A stretch of 64,000 bases of DNA from a virus (taxonomy: Duplodnaviria; Caudoviricetes): positions 41,248 through 105,247 of the IMG/VR virus record IMGVR_UViG_2900261899_000001. One strand, written 5' to 3'. Below the pieces are notes generated by a model. It did not search any database, was not told the DNA's origin, and was given only the letters and a program-made list of their open reading frames with translations. The translations under genes and the position numbers were made by a program. This document shows positions 1 through 10,000 of this stretch, piece after piece. Position 1 is the first letter of the stretch; each line of letters begins with the position of its first letter.

Positions 1-216
1 CTCCTCGACGACGCCACCGCCCTCCGCCTTGTCGCGGACGGCCGCAAGATCCCGAGGTCGAAGTTCACCTGCCTCGTGAAGCGCGGGCTGATCCGCCTGC
101 GCGGGCACGGTGCCAAGACGCGGCCGGTGCTCACCGGCTCCGGCGAGGCAGCGCTCCGCACGGTCCGCCGCGCGGCGCGCCGGGCTCGGCCCGACGCCCA
201 CGCCCACCATCCCTGA
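1..216 (+). CDS. Partial hypothetical protein (5' truncated)
   Basis: Open frame from base 1 (LLDDATALRLVADGRK...LVKRGLI) to TGA at 214-216. Confidence 0.5.
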   Translation, partial: LLDDATALRLVADGRKIPRSKFTCLVKRGLIRLRGHGAKTRPVLTGSGEAALRTVRRAARRARPDAHAHHP

Positions 217-256
217 TCCTGCTCAAGGGCCACGCCCTGCTCTCGTGGAGTCCATC

Positions 257-400
257 ATGTTTTCGATCCTCGCCACCCTGCCCGCCACCACCGCGATCGC
301 CGTCACCCTCCTGGGACCGCCGGTCCTGGTCCTCGTGACCGTCTTCGGTCTCAGCGAGGGTGTGCGGGTCGTGCGCTTTGCTCGGGCTCGGGGGCGCTGA
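257..400 (+). CDS. Small membrane protein
   Basis: GGAG RBS before ATG 257; hydrophobic stretch. Confidence 0.55.
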   Translation: MFSILATLPATTAIAVTLLGPPVLVLVTVFGLSEGVRVVRFARARGR

Positions 401-402
401 TC

Positions 403-687
403 ATGGCCGGCCACCCCCCAACCGCCATCGACGTCCGTGTCGGCCGCCGCCTCGCCGAGGCCCGAAAGGCCGCCGGCCTGTCCTGCAAGGAGATCGGCGC
501 CGTGCTCGGCATCAGCGCCTCCCTGTTCTGGCGGTATGAAACCGGCCAGCGACGCATCAGCGTCGGCCACATGCAGATGGTGGCCGACCTCCTCTACCTG
601 CCGGTCACGACGTTCTTCGACCCGCCCGCCCCGGCCGGCGTCGAGCCGCCCTCCCCTGCCCTCTCCACCGATGCCGCGGGGATCTGA
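403..687 (+). CDS. XRE-family HTH regulator
   Basis: IDVRVGRRLAEARKAAGLS...LGIS...YETGQRRIS motif. Confidence 0.85.
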   Translation: MAGHPPTAIDVRVGRRLAEARKAAGLSCKEIGAVLGISASLFWRYETGQRRISVGHMQMVADLLYLPVTTFFDPPAPAGVEPPSPALSTDAAGI

Positions 688-689
688 TC

Positions 690-983
690 ATGGGCATCCG
701 TCGCTCATCAAGATCGATCGAGGTCTTCGTCAATGTCGGGGATGTACTCGGCGAACTGACCGACGAGGAACTAGTCGAGGAACTGAAGTCACGGCGGATC
801 GACGACCCGAACTTGCTGGGTTGCGATCGGTCAGATGCCGAACACGCGATCGACCTTATGCGGTCGCGACACTTCAAGGATGCGCTCACGCTCTTGGAGC
901 GCGCCCTCTACCCGAAATTTCAGTCTCGTGACGCATGCGCAAGCGCCATCGCCGAGATCCGCTTGAGGGCGTCACACCGATGA
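690..983 (+). CDS. Hypothetical phage protein
   Basis: Tightly packed ORF in early operon. Confidence 0.6.
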   Translation: MGIRRSSRSIEVFVNVGDVLGELTDEELVEELKSRRIDDPNLLGCDRSDAEHAIDLMRSRHFKDALTLLERALYPKFQSRDACASAIAEIRLRASHR

Positions 984-1234
984 GCCGTCGCAGCGCCCTC
1001 TCCCACCGAGCTGTCGCCGACCTTCTTGTCGACGCAGGCTTCACGGACCGCCTGCCCGCCGACGATCTCGGCATGGCGCACCTGATCTGCCGGGCGGTCG
1101 ACCGCACCGAGCACAAGCTCGGTCAGGTCCCCGGCACGCCCGACGACTTCGACGAGATACGGTTCGAGCACCGGCTGCTGGTCGGGGCCCGCGAGGCCGC
1201 GCCGGTCCGCACCATCCATGCGGGGGTGCACTGA
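980..1234 (+). CDS. Hypothetical phage protein
   Basis: ATGA overlap with upstream stop. Confidence 0.55.
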   Translation: MSRRSALSHRAVADLLVDAGFTDRLPADDLGMAHLICRAVDRTEHKLGQVPGTPDDFDEIRFEHRLLVGAREAAPVRTIHAGVH

Positions 1235-1236
1235 CC

Positions 1237-1392
1237 ATGGCCGCGATGAACCCCGCCGCCGCGGTCGTCTGGGTGATCCTGCTGGGTCTGCCCATCGGCT
1301 TCGCGTTCCTGGCGCTGTCGCGCCTGAGCTCACCGCCCGCGGCCACCGGGGGCGATCTCGACACCAACGAACAGCGGGGGCCGCGCTCATGA
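1237..1392 (+). CDS. Small membrane peptide
   Basis: MAAMNPAAAVVWVILLGLPIGFAFLAL; stop overlaps next ATG (ATGA). Confidence 0.5.
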   Translation: MAAMNPAAAVVWVILLGLPIGFAFLALSRLSSPPAATGGDLDTNEQRGPRS

Positions 1393-2699
1393 AGATCTTT
1401 CGCCTCGAAGCCGAGAACGTGAAGCGGCTCAAGGCCGTCTCCATCACGCCCGACGGCAATCTCGTGGAGATCACGGGCCGTAACGGCCAAGGCAAGTCGT
1501 CGGTCCTCGACGCGATCTGGTGGGCGTTGTCCGGAACGAAGCCGATTCAGGCCGTGCCGATCCGGAAGGGTCAGGATGAGGCCCGCATCCGGCTCGACCT
1601 CGGCGAGATCCGGGTCACCCGCACCTTCAAGAAGCGCGATGGCGCCGAGTTCACCACGGCGGTGGTCGTCGAGAACGCAGACGGCGCGCGCTTCGCCCGT
1701 CCGCAGGAGCTTCTCGACAAGCTGCTCGGCCAGTTGTCGTTCGATCCGCTTGCCTTCACCCGCATGGACGGCCGGCAGCAGCTCGACGCGATGAAGCGTT
1801 TCGTGCCGGGCTTCGACTTCGCCGGCACGGAGAAGGCGAACAAGGACGATTTCGCCGGGCGGACCGAGGTGAACCGTTCTGCGAAAGCGCTGCGCGCTCA
1901 AGCCGACGGCATCACGGTCCCGTCCGGCACGCCCGAGGCCCGCATCGACACCGCCGCGCTCGTCGCGGAGATGGAACAGGCCGGCGAGCACAACACCGAC
2001 ATCGAACGGCGGCGTGGCCGGCGTGAGCAGGCCGAGCGTGCCATCGAGGCCTATGCCGAGACCGCCGCGGGGAGCCGCAACCGGGCCGCCGCGTTGCGGA
2101 AGGAAGCGGACGAAGCCGAGGCTCGTGCCGACCGCGACGATGCCGAGGCCGGGCGGATCCGGGCAAGCCTCGCTGAGGCCTCTGCCCTGCCCGATCCCAT
2201 CGACACCTCGGCGCTGCGCCAGCGCATCGCCGCCGCCGGCGAGACCAACGCCGCCGTGGCGCGCCGCGAGGAGCGTGACCGGATCGACGCCCGCGCCAAG
2301 GAGGCCGAGGCGAAAGCGGCCGCGCTCACCAAGGCCATCGAGGGCCGCGTCGCCGGTATGCGCTCCGCCATCGCCCAAGCCGACCTGCCGGTACCGGGCA
2401 TTGCCTTCGGTGACGACGAGATCCTGCTGAACGGCGTGCCGTTCGATCAGGCCTCGTCCGCTGAGCAGCTGCGCACCTCCGTCGCGATCGCCATGGCGGC
2501 CAATCCGAAGCTGCGCGTGATCCGCGTCCAGGACGGGTCGCTGCTCGATGCCGAAGCGATGGCGATCCTCGGCGAGATGGCCGACGCGGCCGACTGCCAG
2601 GTCTGGGTCGAGTGTGTGCAGTCGGGCCGCTCGACCGCGATCGTCATCGAGGACGGCGAAGTCCTCGGCGCAACCGCCACCCCCATCGCCGCGGAGTAG
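1389..2699 (+). CDS. SMC/Rad50-like AAA ATPase with coiled coil
   Basis: MKIFRLEAENVKRL, Walker A GRNGQGKSS, central coiled coil, SSAEQ signature, degenerate Walker B/D-loop VQDGSLLD. Confidence 0.85.
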   Translation: MKIFRLEAENVKRLKAVSITPDGNLVEITGRNGQGKSSVLDAIWWALSGTKPIQAVPIRKGQDEARIRLDLGEIRVTRTFKKRDGAEFTTAVVVENADGARFARPQELLDKLLGQLSFDPLAFTRMDGRQQLDAMKRFVPGFDFAGTEKANKDDFAGRTEVNRSAKALRAQADGITVPSGTPEARIDTAALVAEMEQAGEHNTDIERRRGRREQAERAIEAYAETAAGSRNRAAALRKEADEAEARADRDDAEAGRIRASLAEASALPDPIDTSALRQRIAAAGETNAAVARREERDRIDARAKEAEAKAAALTKAIEGRVAGMRSAIAQADLPVPGIAFGDDEILLNGVPFDQASSAEQLRTSVAIAMAANPKLRVIRVQDGSLLDAEAMAILGEMADAADCQVWVECVQSGRSTAIVIEDGEVLGATATPIAAE

Positions 2700-2704
2700 C
2701 CCCC

Positions 2705-3646
2705 ATGAAGATCGAACGCATTCCCTACACCACGCGCGATGCCTGGCTTGCCGGCCGCGCGAAGGACATCACCGCCTCGGTCGCCGGCGCGGTGCTCGGC
2801 GCCCACGAATACACAACCGCCTTCGAACTCTGGGCGCTGAAAAGTGGTCTCCTGTCGGAGGATCCGACCGAGACGCCGGCGATGCGCCGCGGCCGCCTCC
2901 TCGAGGACGACGCCCTGCAGATGCTGGCCGAGGATCGCCCGACCTGGACGGTCGAGCCGGGCGGCAACGTCTACCTGCGGGCGCCGGACTTTCGCATCGG
3001 CGCGACCCCGGACGCCTACGCCGTGGATCCGAACCGACCAGGCCGTGGCGTCGTGCAGGTCAAGACCGTCTCCGATCTGATCTTCCGCAAGAAGTGGAAG
3101 GATGACGACGGGTCCCTGAACCTGCCGGTCTGGATCGCCTGCCAAGCCATCGTCGAGGCGAAGCTCACCGGGGCATCCTGGGCCTGTGTCGTGCTGATGG
3201 TCGTCGGCCACGGCCTCGACCTCCACGTGATCGACATCCCGCTTCACGCCGGAATCTGGGACCGCCTCGTCGATGAGGCCGCGGCTTTCTGGGCTCGTGT
3301 CGACAGCGGCGAGGCGCCCCCCGCCGACTACGCTCGCGACGGCGACACCATCGCCGATCTCTGGCCGCCGGATGCGACCCGCGAGGTCCTCGATCTGTCC
3401 GGCGACAACCTCATCCCGATGCTCGTCGACGAACTCGACGACGCCAAGGGCCGCATCAATCTCGACGAGACCCGCGTCAAAGAGATCAAGGCCGAACTCG
3501 TCGAGAAGCTCGCCGGCGCCACCGTCGGCCGCCTCGCCGACGGCCGCGAGATCACCCGCACGATCCAGCGGCGCGGCGAATTCACGGTCAAGGCGACCAG
3601 CTTCCCCGTCCTGAAAATCCGCGCACCGCGAAAGGCCGCAGCATGA
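2705..3646 (+). CDS. YqaJ-like viral recombination exonuclease
   Basis: WL..R...ITAS, RGRLLED, GATPD, QVKT motifs; upstream of RecT. Confidence 0.85.
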   Translation: MKIERIPYTTRDAWLAGRAKDITASVAGAVLGAHEYTTAFELWALKSGLLSEDPTETPAMRRGRLLEDDALQMLAEDRPTWTVEPGGNVYLRAPDFRIGATPDAYAVDPNRPGRGVVQVKTVSDLIFRKKWKDDDGSLNLPVWIACQAIVEAKLTGASWACVVLMVVGHGLDLHVIDIPLHAGIWDRLVDEAAAFWARVDSGEAPPADYARDGDTIADLWPPDATREVLDLSGDNLIPMLVDELDDAKGRINLDETRVKEIKAELVEKLAGATVGRLADGREITRTIQRRGEFTVKATSFPVLKIRAPRKAAA

Positions 3647-4608
3647 GCCACGCTCTCGAACTCACCCAAACCGAACGCAAGATCGCGGAACGCATCGATC
3701 CGTCCTCGATGGACGGGCTGACGGTTTCGTCGTCCGCCGGCGGCATCGTGTTCGCCAACGCCGCCGAGGTCATGAACTACGCGAAGATGATGGCCGTCGC
3801 GAATAGTGGCGTCCGTAAGCACCTCCGCGGAAACGTTGGCGCCTGCCTCGCGATCGTGACCCAGGCCGTCGAGTGGGGCATGTCGGCCTACGCGGTGGCG
3901 AACAAGAGCTACTTCTTCAACGACCAGATCGCCTTCGAGTCTCAGCTCGTCCAGGCCGTGATCCTGAAGCGGGCGCCGATCAAGGGCCGGATCAAGTTCG
4001 AATTCACTGGCGAGGGCGAGAAGCGCAAGTGCCGGGCCTGGGCGCGCCTTGCCGACGATCCCGAAGAGATCGCCGAGTACATCTCGCCCGAGTTCGGCAA
4101 GATCACCCCGAAGAACTCGCCGCTTTGGAAGTCCGACCCGGATCAGCAGCACTGCTATTATGCCGGTCGCGCCCTGTGCCGCCGCCATTTCCCCGACGTG
4201 CTGCTCGGCGTCTACGGCGAGGACGAACTGACCCCTCCTCCGCCCGGGCCGGACAACGCGCGCGACGTCACGCCCGCGAAGGGGTTGAACGCGAAGCTCG
4301 ATGCCCTCGCCGCCCGGCCGAAGTCGCAGATCGATCACGCCGAGGATGCCGAGTTCAGCGAGGCGTTCACCGGTGGCGACCATGAGACCGGCGCCAACGA
4401 GACGGTACCCGAGTCGGACGGAGGCGGTGACGATCCGGCCCCCGACATCGATCCGCAGAGCGCCGCCTACAAGCTCGGCCACGACGGCGGGATGAAAGGC
4501 TTTCGGAAAGGGCTGACGGCCGCGATCAAGGAAGATCCGGCGCAGTTGGCGAACTACGAAGCCGGGTATTCGGCCGCCCTGCATGAAAAGAACCGGGAGG
4601 ACGACTGA
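3643..4608 (+). CDS. recT: RecT-family single-strand annealing protein
   Basis: QAVEWGMSAYAVANK, SPLWKSDPDQQ..Y..R..R.FPDVLLGVY motifs. Confidence 0.8.
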   Translation: MSHALELTQTERKIAERIDPSSMDGLTVSSSAGGIVFANAAEVMNYAKMMAVANSGVRKHLRGNVGACLAIVTQAVEWGMSAYAVANKSYFFNDQIAFESQLVQAVILKRAPIKGRIKFEFTGEGEKRKCRAWARLADDPEEIAEYISPEFGKITPKNSPLWKSDPDQQHCYYAGRALCRRHFPDVLLGVYGEDELTPPPPGPDNARDVTPAKGLNAKLDALAARPKSQIDHAEDAEFSEAFTGGDHETGANETVPESDGGGDDPAPDIDPQSAAYKLGHDGGMKGFRKGLTAAIKEDPAQLANYEAGYSAALHEKNREDD

Positions 4609-5057
4609 TGTCGGTCTCCCCGGACCCCAAGACCAGCGCCGCCGCCGCCGTGGACAAGCTGCCTATCGTCATCACGCGCGATGATGGCCGGTACTTCGCG
4701 ATCGAGGCCGCAGGGCGCCGTGCTGTCGGTCTCGGCTTCGACGAGATGCTCGGCGCCGTGGTCGGGCTCGCGCACCCCGAACTCACGACGGTGCCCGCGT
4801 ACATGCGGGGTGCCGGATCTCTCGCCGTCGCGAAGGATGCGCCCTCAGCCACGATCACGATCCCGCTCGCTCTCGCGGAGAGCATTTCGGCGGAGATGGC
4901 CGACCTGCTCTGCTGGTGCCGCGGCTTCGTCACTGCTCTTCCCGACAATGCCGATCGTCACCCGATGGGGCTCGACCTGACCCGTGAAATGCGGATCAGG
5001 CTCGATGTGGCGATCGCGGCGGCGAAGGGCATCGAACCGCAGGAATTCCCCTTCTGA
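4608..5057 (+). CDS. Hypothetical protein
   Basis: Translationally coupled ORF. Confidence 0.6.
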   Translation: MSVSPDPKTSAAAAVDKLPIVITRDDGRYFAIEAAGRRAVGLGFDEMLGAVVGLAHPELTTVPAYMRGAGSLAVAKDAPSATITIPLALAESISAEMADLLCWCRGFVTALPDNADRHPMGLDLTREMRIRLDVAIAAAKGIEPQEFPF

Positions 5058-5293
5058 TGTCGATCCCCGCTCGCGCGGCCGAGCAGGCCGTCACCGTCAG
5101 TGTCGCTCGCTGCCCGTGCGGGCTCTGCGACCACGTCATCGGCCTGCTGCACGACGAGACCGGCGAGGTTTTCGCCGAATTCTCCCTCGCGCCGGATGCG
5201 GCCCGCGGCTTCATCGCCGACGTCCAGACGGTTCTGGACGCCCTGCCCCCCGTCGGAAGCCTCACCGGCATCCGCTGCGAGGGCACGGCCTGA
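5057..5293 (+). CDS. Small Cys-rich hypothetical protein
   Basis: CPCGLCDH motif; coupled start. Confidence 0.55.
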   Translation: MSIPARAAEQAVTVSVARCPCGLCDHVIGLLHDETGEVFAEFSLAPDAARGFIADVQTVLDALPPVGSLTGIRCEGTA

Positions 5294-5332
5294 ACGACCT
5301 TCCCCTCCCCTCCTGACCCACGGTCACCGCTC

Positions 5333-5815
5333 ATGGCGCCCCCGATCCTGACCTCATCCTCCACCGTCTGCCGCGGCCAGATCCAGGCCCGCGAATACGG
5401 CTCCGAAGCCGAGATGCGGTCCTCCTATGCCGCGATCCAGAAACGCATGATGGCGCCCTCGCCACCGCCTTGCCCTCGGCCGGCACCGCGTGCCCCATCC
5501 GGCGCGCCGGCATGCTCCTGGGATGCCCAGGTCGTCGCCACGCTCGGCGCCGACCGGATCTACCGGGAGCCCCGGCGCATCATCGCCCGCATCGCCGAGG
5601 CGCACGGAGTGACCTCGGCCGACATCACCGGGCCGAGCCGTAAGACCCTCCACTTCAAGGCCCGTCTCGCCGCGATCGCAGAGGTGCTCGACCTCAACCC
5701 GCGGCTGTCGATTCCGCAGCTCGGCAAGATCTTCGGGGGGCGGGACAGCACGACGATCCGCAACGCCTTCCGGCACCTCGGACACGAGCCGCAGCCCGTG
5801 GGGGCCCGCCAGTGA
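5333..5815 (+). CDS. DnaA C-terminal-like HTH protein
   Basis: IAEAHGVT..DI.G.SR......AR...SIPQLGKIFGGRDSTTI resembles the DnaA domain IV signature. Confidence 0.75.
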   Translation: MAPPILTSSSTVCRGQIQAREYGSEAEMRSSYAAIQKRMMAPSPPPCPRPAPRAPSGAPACSWDAQVVATLGADRIYREPRRIIARIAEAHGVTSADITGPSRKTLHFKARLAAIAEVLDLNPRLSIPQLGKIFGGRDSTTIRNAFRHLGHEPQPVGARQ

Positions 5816-6378
5816 ACCTCACGGTGCGCACTGCATTCCCCGCCTCGGCAATACCGATGCCGCCGGGCCTCGACCGACCGTTCGCCGGCAAGACCGGGGT
5901 CATCGCCGACCGCCTCGTTGCGGCCGAGGGCAACGCCGTTCCGGCCGGCGTGCTGGCGGAGACGGCATTCGGTGCGGACAACCTCCGCTGCCGGCAGTCC
6001 CTGCGCGGGGCCGTCCAGACGCTCCGCAAGGCGTTGGCGCGCACCGGATCGGACGACCGGATCATCGAGACCGGCCGGGGGCCGACGCTGACCTATGCGT
6101 GGGTGCGGTCGACGCCGAAACCCGAGATAGAACCCGTCGCACCACCCGCCGCCATGCCGGTGCACGCCTCGAACCCGCGCGCGATCACCCTGGCGCCATG
6201 CGGCTACGCGGCGTGGTCGTATGTGCCTGGCACGAACATCCGCGGGCCGGTTCAGGTGATCCGCCGGCACGGCGAGGACGAGGAGCGCCGGCTGACGCAA
6301 CTCGACATCGCGAACGGCCGGCCGACGACGGAGCACGCGCGGTTTGCGACCGAGGATGACGATGGGGGCGAGGCTTGA
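5812..6378 (+). CDS. Winged-helix (OmpR C-terminal-like) protein
   Basis: VQTLRKAL......IIETGRG motif. Confidence 0.5.
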   Translation: MNLTVRTAFPASAIPMPPGLDRPFAGKTGVIADRLVAAEGNAVPAGVLAETAFGADNLRCRQSLRGAVQTLRKALARTGSDDRIIETGRGPTLTYAWVRSTPKPEIEPVAPPAAMPVHASNPRAITLAPCGYAAWSYVPGTNIRGPVQVIRRHGEDEERRLTQLDIANGRPTTEHARFATEDDDGGEA

Positions 6379-6866
6379 GCGCGCCCGAGATCATCGATCG
6401 GCGGCTCGACCGGCCTAAGGACGTGAAGGCTTTCCGGCGCTGGCTCGCCCGGAACGGTGCCGAGATGCTCGACCCAACGAACGCGTACGAGGTGGTTCGA
6501 TTCCGGGGCACGGCGGGGCTGTCGATCGTCTACGCGAATGGCAGCGGACGGTCCCACGCGCTGACCGGTCAGGCCGAGGACGCTTGGACGGCCTTCTGCG
6601 ACGGGCGGTCGCTCGACCTCGCGCCGCAGGCGGCCTGGATCGACGATCCCGATCAGCGTCCCGCTGCGATGTCAGATGCGGACCTGATCGAACAGGCCGG
6701 TCGCATGCCCATCACCATCGCGTTCCTGATGGAGCACGACGCCTTGCCGATGCGGGAGGCGTCCCAGCGCCTCTTCGGACTCGAACGTAGCGGCCGACTG
6801 GTTCGCTCCGGCGGCCGGCCCGGCACGGCCCTGACGTGGAACGTCGCTGCCGAGGTGCGGGCATGA
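6375..6866 (+). CDS. Hypothetical phage protein
   Basis: WL..NGAE.L.PTN.YEVVRF; coupled. Confidence 0.6.
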   Translation: MSAPEIIDRRLDRPKDVKAFRRWLARNGAEMLDPTNAYEVVRFRGTAGLSIVYANGSGRSHALTGQAEDAWTAFCDGRSLDLAPQAAWIDDPDQRPAAMSDADLIEQAGRMPITIAFLMEHDALPMREASQRLFGLERSGRLVRSGGRPGTALTWNVAAEVRA

Positions 6867-7339
6867 TCCGCCACGAGGACGTCATTACTCGCGAGATGGT
6901 TAGATCTGAGCCAAATACCTTGTTCGTATTTGGCGATAACCTGCAGCGTCGTGGGCGAGGCGGTCAAGCTAAAGAGATGCGCGGCGAACCGAACGCCGTT
7001 GGCATCCCTACGAAGCGATGGCCGAGCCGAAACATCAACGCATACTTCTCCGATGCGGATTTTGCAGAGGTGAAGGCCGCAGCATCGCCTGATCTCCAAA
7101 GATTGGCCGATCATCTGCGCGCGGGCGGCACCATCGTCTGGCCTTATGCCGGCATCGGCACCGGTCGGGCCGAACTCAAGGAGCGAGCGCCCCACGTCTG
7201 GTTTTGGCTGTTCCGCGCCAAGCATCGCCTTCTGCAGATCGTAGCGGAGCGCGAGGGCCATGCAGTTTGCTCGCTCGAATCCGCCCTTGGGGCCGAGGAT
7301 TACGCGCGGTTCGTAGCGATGGGGGCCGGTCATGCCTGA
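6863..7339 (+). CDS. Conserved phage protein (FVFGDN...G.GGQA family, possibly macrodomain-like)
   Basis: LFVFGDNLQRRGRGGQA, GIPTK, GIGTGRA motifs. Confidence 0.6.
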   Translation: MIRHEDVITREMVRSEPNTLFVFGDNLQRRGRGGQAKEMRGEPNAVGIPTKRWPSRNINAYFSDADFAEVKAAASPDLQRLADHLRAGGTIVWPYAGIGTGRAELKERAPHVWFWLFRAKHRLLQIVAEREGHAVCSLESALGAEDYARFVAMGAGHA

Positions 7340-7363
7340 TACGCTTGACCGAGGTGCACCGGT

Positions 7364-7894
7364 ATGACGGCACCCATCTGCCCGACCTGTGCGACAGCGG
7401 CCGTCCTGACCACCGGCGCCGCTGTCTACCCGAACCGTCCCGATCTGGCCGCGAAGCCGATCTGGCGATGCGAGGGCTGCGGCGCCTATGTTGCCTGCCA
7501 TCCCGACACGACCGTTCCGCTCGGCACGCCGGCCGATGCCGCGACACGCGCGGCTCGGATGAACCTGCACCAGAAGCGTCTCGATCCACTGTGGAAGGAG
7601 GCTTGGCGCGAGCCGGCCTATGCCAAGAACGGCTGCGGGCCGAAGACGCGCCGGAGCATCCAGAAGGCCGCCCGCGAGCGTGTCTATGCCTACCTCGCGG
7701 GCCGGATGCGGCTGACGCCGGCCGAGTGCCACACCGGCCTGTTCACACGCGAGCAGTGCCGCGTCGCCTGGGGCGTCCTGTCGGCAACCTCCTACGCGGA
7801 GATCCGCACCTGGGCTCGGGCCCTGAACCCGAAGCCGCGCCGCGAGCGCAAAGCCCCCTCCCCTTCTTCCGACATCCAGCGGATTGCCCGGTGA
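7364..7894 (+). CDS. DUF3268-like zinc-finger protein
   Basis: CPTC...WRCEGCGAYVACHP..PLGTPA...CH.G.F motif. Confidence 0.75.
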   Translation: MTAPICPTCATAAVLTTGAAVYPNRPDLAAKPIWRCEGCGAYVACHPDTTVPLGTPADAATRAARMNLHQKRLDPLWKEAWREPAYAKNGCGPKTRRSIQKAARERVYAYLAGRMRLTPAECHTGLFTREQCRVAWGVLSATSYAEIRTWARALNPKPRRERKAPSPSSDIQRIAR

Positions 7895-9996
7895 TCCAGA
7901 CCCCTATCATCGATTCCCTCGCTGGGCCCGGCGGGCGCCGCGCAGCGCCCAGACGCAAGCTCCTCGTCGCCGACCTCCTCTGCGGAGCCGGCGGATCCTC
8001 AACCGGCTGCCAGCGTGCGCTGGCCGAGCTCGGGCTCGAAATGGACCTCGTCGCGGTCAATCACTGGCCGACCGCCATCGCGACGCACGAGAAGAACCAC
8101 CCGACCGCCCGGCACTACGTCCAGGACATCGCGACGGTGCGCCCGCACTTGCTGGTGCCGGAGGGCTACCTCGACCTGCTGATGGCCTCGCCAACCTGCA
8201 CGCACCATTCGGTGGCGCGCGGCGGCAAGCCGACCTCGGACCAGCAGCGTAGCGATCCCTGGCACATCATCACCTGGCTCACCGAGCTGCGGGTGAAGCG
8301 CCTCATCATCGAGAACGTGTGGGAGTTCGTCGGCTGGGGCCCGATCGACCACCGCACCGGCAAGCCCGTCGCCTCGCGCAAGGGCGAATACTTCCGCGCC
8401 TGGATCGACACAATCAAGCGGCTTGGCTTCCAGCCAGAGTGGCGCAAGCTCAACGCGGCCGACTTCGGCGACGCCACGACGCGATCGCGCTTCATCCTGA
8501 TGGCGCGCTCGGACCGCAAGCGACTGGTCTGGCCGGTCGCGACGCACCGCCGCCGTGACGGCACCATCGACCTGTTCTCAGGCGCGAAGCCGTGGCGCCC
8601 GGCCCGCGAGATCATCGACTGGTCGATCACCGGCCGATCGATCTTCGATCGGAAGAAGGCCCTAGCCCCGAAGACGCTCGCACGCATCTACGCTGGCGCC
8701 GTGAAGTTCCGCTGGCCGGAGCCGTTCTTGGTAATCCTGCGCAATCACATGGCGGCGCAGGGCATGGATGGGCCGCTGCCGGCGATCACCGCTGGCGGGA
8801 CGCATATCGGCCTCGCGCAGCCGATGCTGATCAAGCAGAACTTCCGGCGTGACGTGCAGGGCGTGGATGAGCCGGCACCAACGGTCATGACGCAGGCGCG
8901 GATAGGTGTCGCCGAGCCCGTCATCGTGAATATGAAGGGGCAGTCGCTGGCGGATGGCGTTGGCCTACCGCTCCCGACGCAGACGGCTCATGCCGCGCAT
9001 ATCTACCTCGCAGAGCCGTTCGTGATGGCCCCGGGAAGCACCGGCGCGCCGCGCGCTACCGAGTCCCCCCTTCCAACGATCACCACCGGGGGTGCTGAGT
9101 CCGAAGACCCGGGGTGCGCACGGCCCATGCCGGTCGAGCCGTTCGTCGTCTCGGCCGCCCACGGCGTCGATGCGTCCGAGGCGGACCCGCACAGCCGTCG
9201 CACGAAGAGCGTCGACGAGCCGATTGGCACCGTGCACGCCGGCGGGGGCAACTTCGGTGTCGTCGAACCCTTCGTTTTCTCGCGCCACGCCGAGGGCGCG
9301 CCGCGATCGATCGACGAACCGACGCCGACCCAGGTCGCCAAGCACTCGCACGTCCTGATCTCGCCCTATTACGGCTCCGGCTCGGGCGAGACCTGCACCG
9401 AGGCAGAAGTTCCGCTGCCGACAGTTACTTCAAAGGGCCGGTTCGGCATGGTCGTGCCGGTGACCCAGTCGAACGGTGGCGCGCTCGCGAGAGACGTCGC
9501 CGAGCCGGTGCCGACGATGACTACGGCCAAGGGCGGCGAATTCGCTGTCGTCATGCCCATCACACATCACGACAGCAGCTACCGTGTACGCGACGCCGCG
9601 ATCGACCCTTTGCCGACGGTCACCGGCGCGAACCGGGGCGAGCTCGCCTTCATCGCCGCGCATTTCGGCGAGCGCGATGGTCAGGCGCCGCGCACCCACG
9701 ACATCGAGGAGCCTGCGCCGACACTCTGCGCCACTGGCCGCGTGAACCTCGTCCGGGGCACCGACCGCTACGACATCCTCTTCCGGATGCTGGAGCCGCA
9801 CGAACTGGCGGCTGCCATGGGCTTCAACGAGGGCGAGGCCCGCTACGAGTTCACCGGGACGAAGACGGAGCAGATCAAGCAGATCGGAAACGCTGTCTCG
9901 GTCGCGAAGATGAAGGCCTGCGTCAGCGCCATCATGGCCGACGCGGCCCCAGTCCGGCGCGACGATGCGCCCGTCATTCTGATCGCGGCTGAGTAA
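7891..9996 (+). CDS. C5 DNA cytosine methyltransferase with long repetitive variable region
   Basis: DLLCGAGG (motif I), SPTC, IENV, R.RF, QIGNAV; GTG start overlapping upstream stop. Confidence 0.9.
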   Translation: MIQTPIIDSLAGPGGRRAAPRRKLLVADLLCGAGGSSTGCQRALAELGLEMDLVAVNHWPTAIATHEKNHPTARHYVQDIATVRPHLLVPEGYLDLLMASPTCTHHSVARGGKPTSDQQRSDPWHIITWLTELRVKRLIIENVWEFVGWGPIDHRTGKPVASRKGEYFRAWIDTIKRLGFQPEWRKLNAADFGDATTRSRFILMARSDRKRLVWPVATHRRRDGTIDLFSGAKPWRPAREIIDWSITGRSIFDRKKALAPKTLARIYAGAVKFRWPEPFLVILRNHMAAQGMDGPLPAITAGGTHIGLAQPMLIKQNFRRDVQGVDEPAPTVMTQARIGVAEPVIVNMKGQSLADGVGLPLPTQTAHAAHIYLAEPFVMAPGSTGAPRATESPLPTITTGGAESEDPGCARPMPVEPFVVSAAHGVDASEADPHSRRTKSVDEPIGTVHAGGGNFGVVEPFVFSRHAEGAPRSIDEPTPTQVAKHSHVLISPYYGSGSGETCTEAEVPLPTVTSKGRFGMVVPVTQSNGGALARDVAEPVPTMTTAKGGEFAVVMPITHHDSSYRVRDAAIDPLPTVTGANRGELAFIAAHFGERDGQAPRTHDIEEPAPTLCATGRVNLVRGTDRYDILFRMLEPHELAAAMGFNEGEARYEFTGTKTEQIKQIGNAVSVAKMKACVSAIMADAAPVRRDDAPVILIAAE

Positions 9997-10000
9997 GGCG

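Noticed and set aside
7204-7890. N-terminal extension of the 930-aa methylase ORF
   Set aside because: Overlaps two credible genes in other frames; methylase motifs begin after GTG 7891
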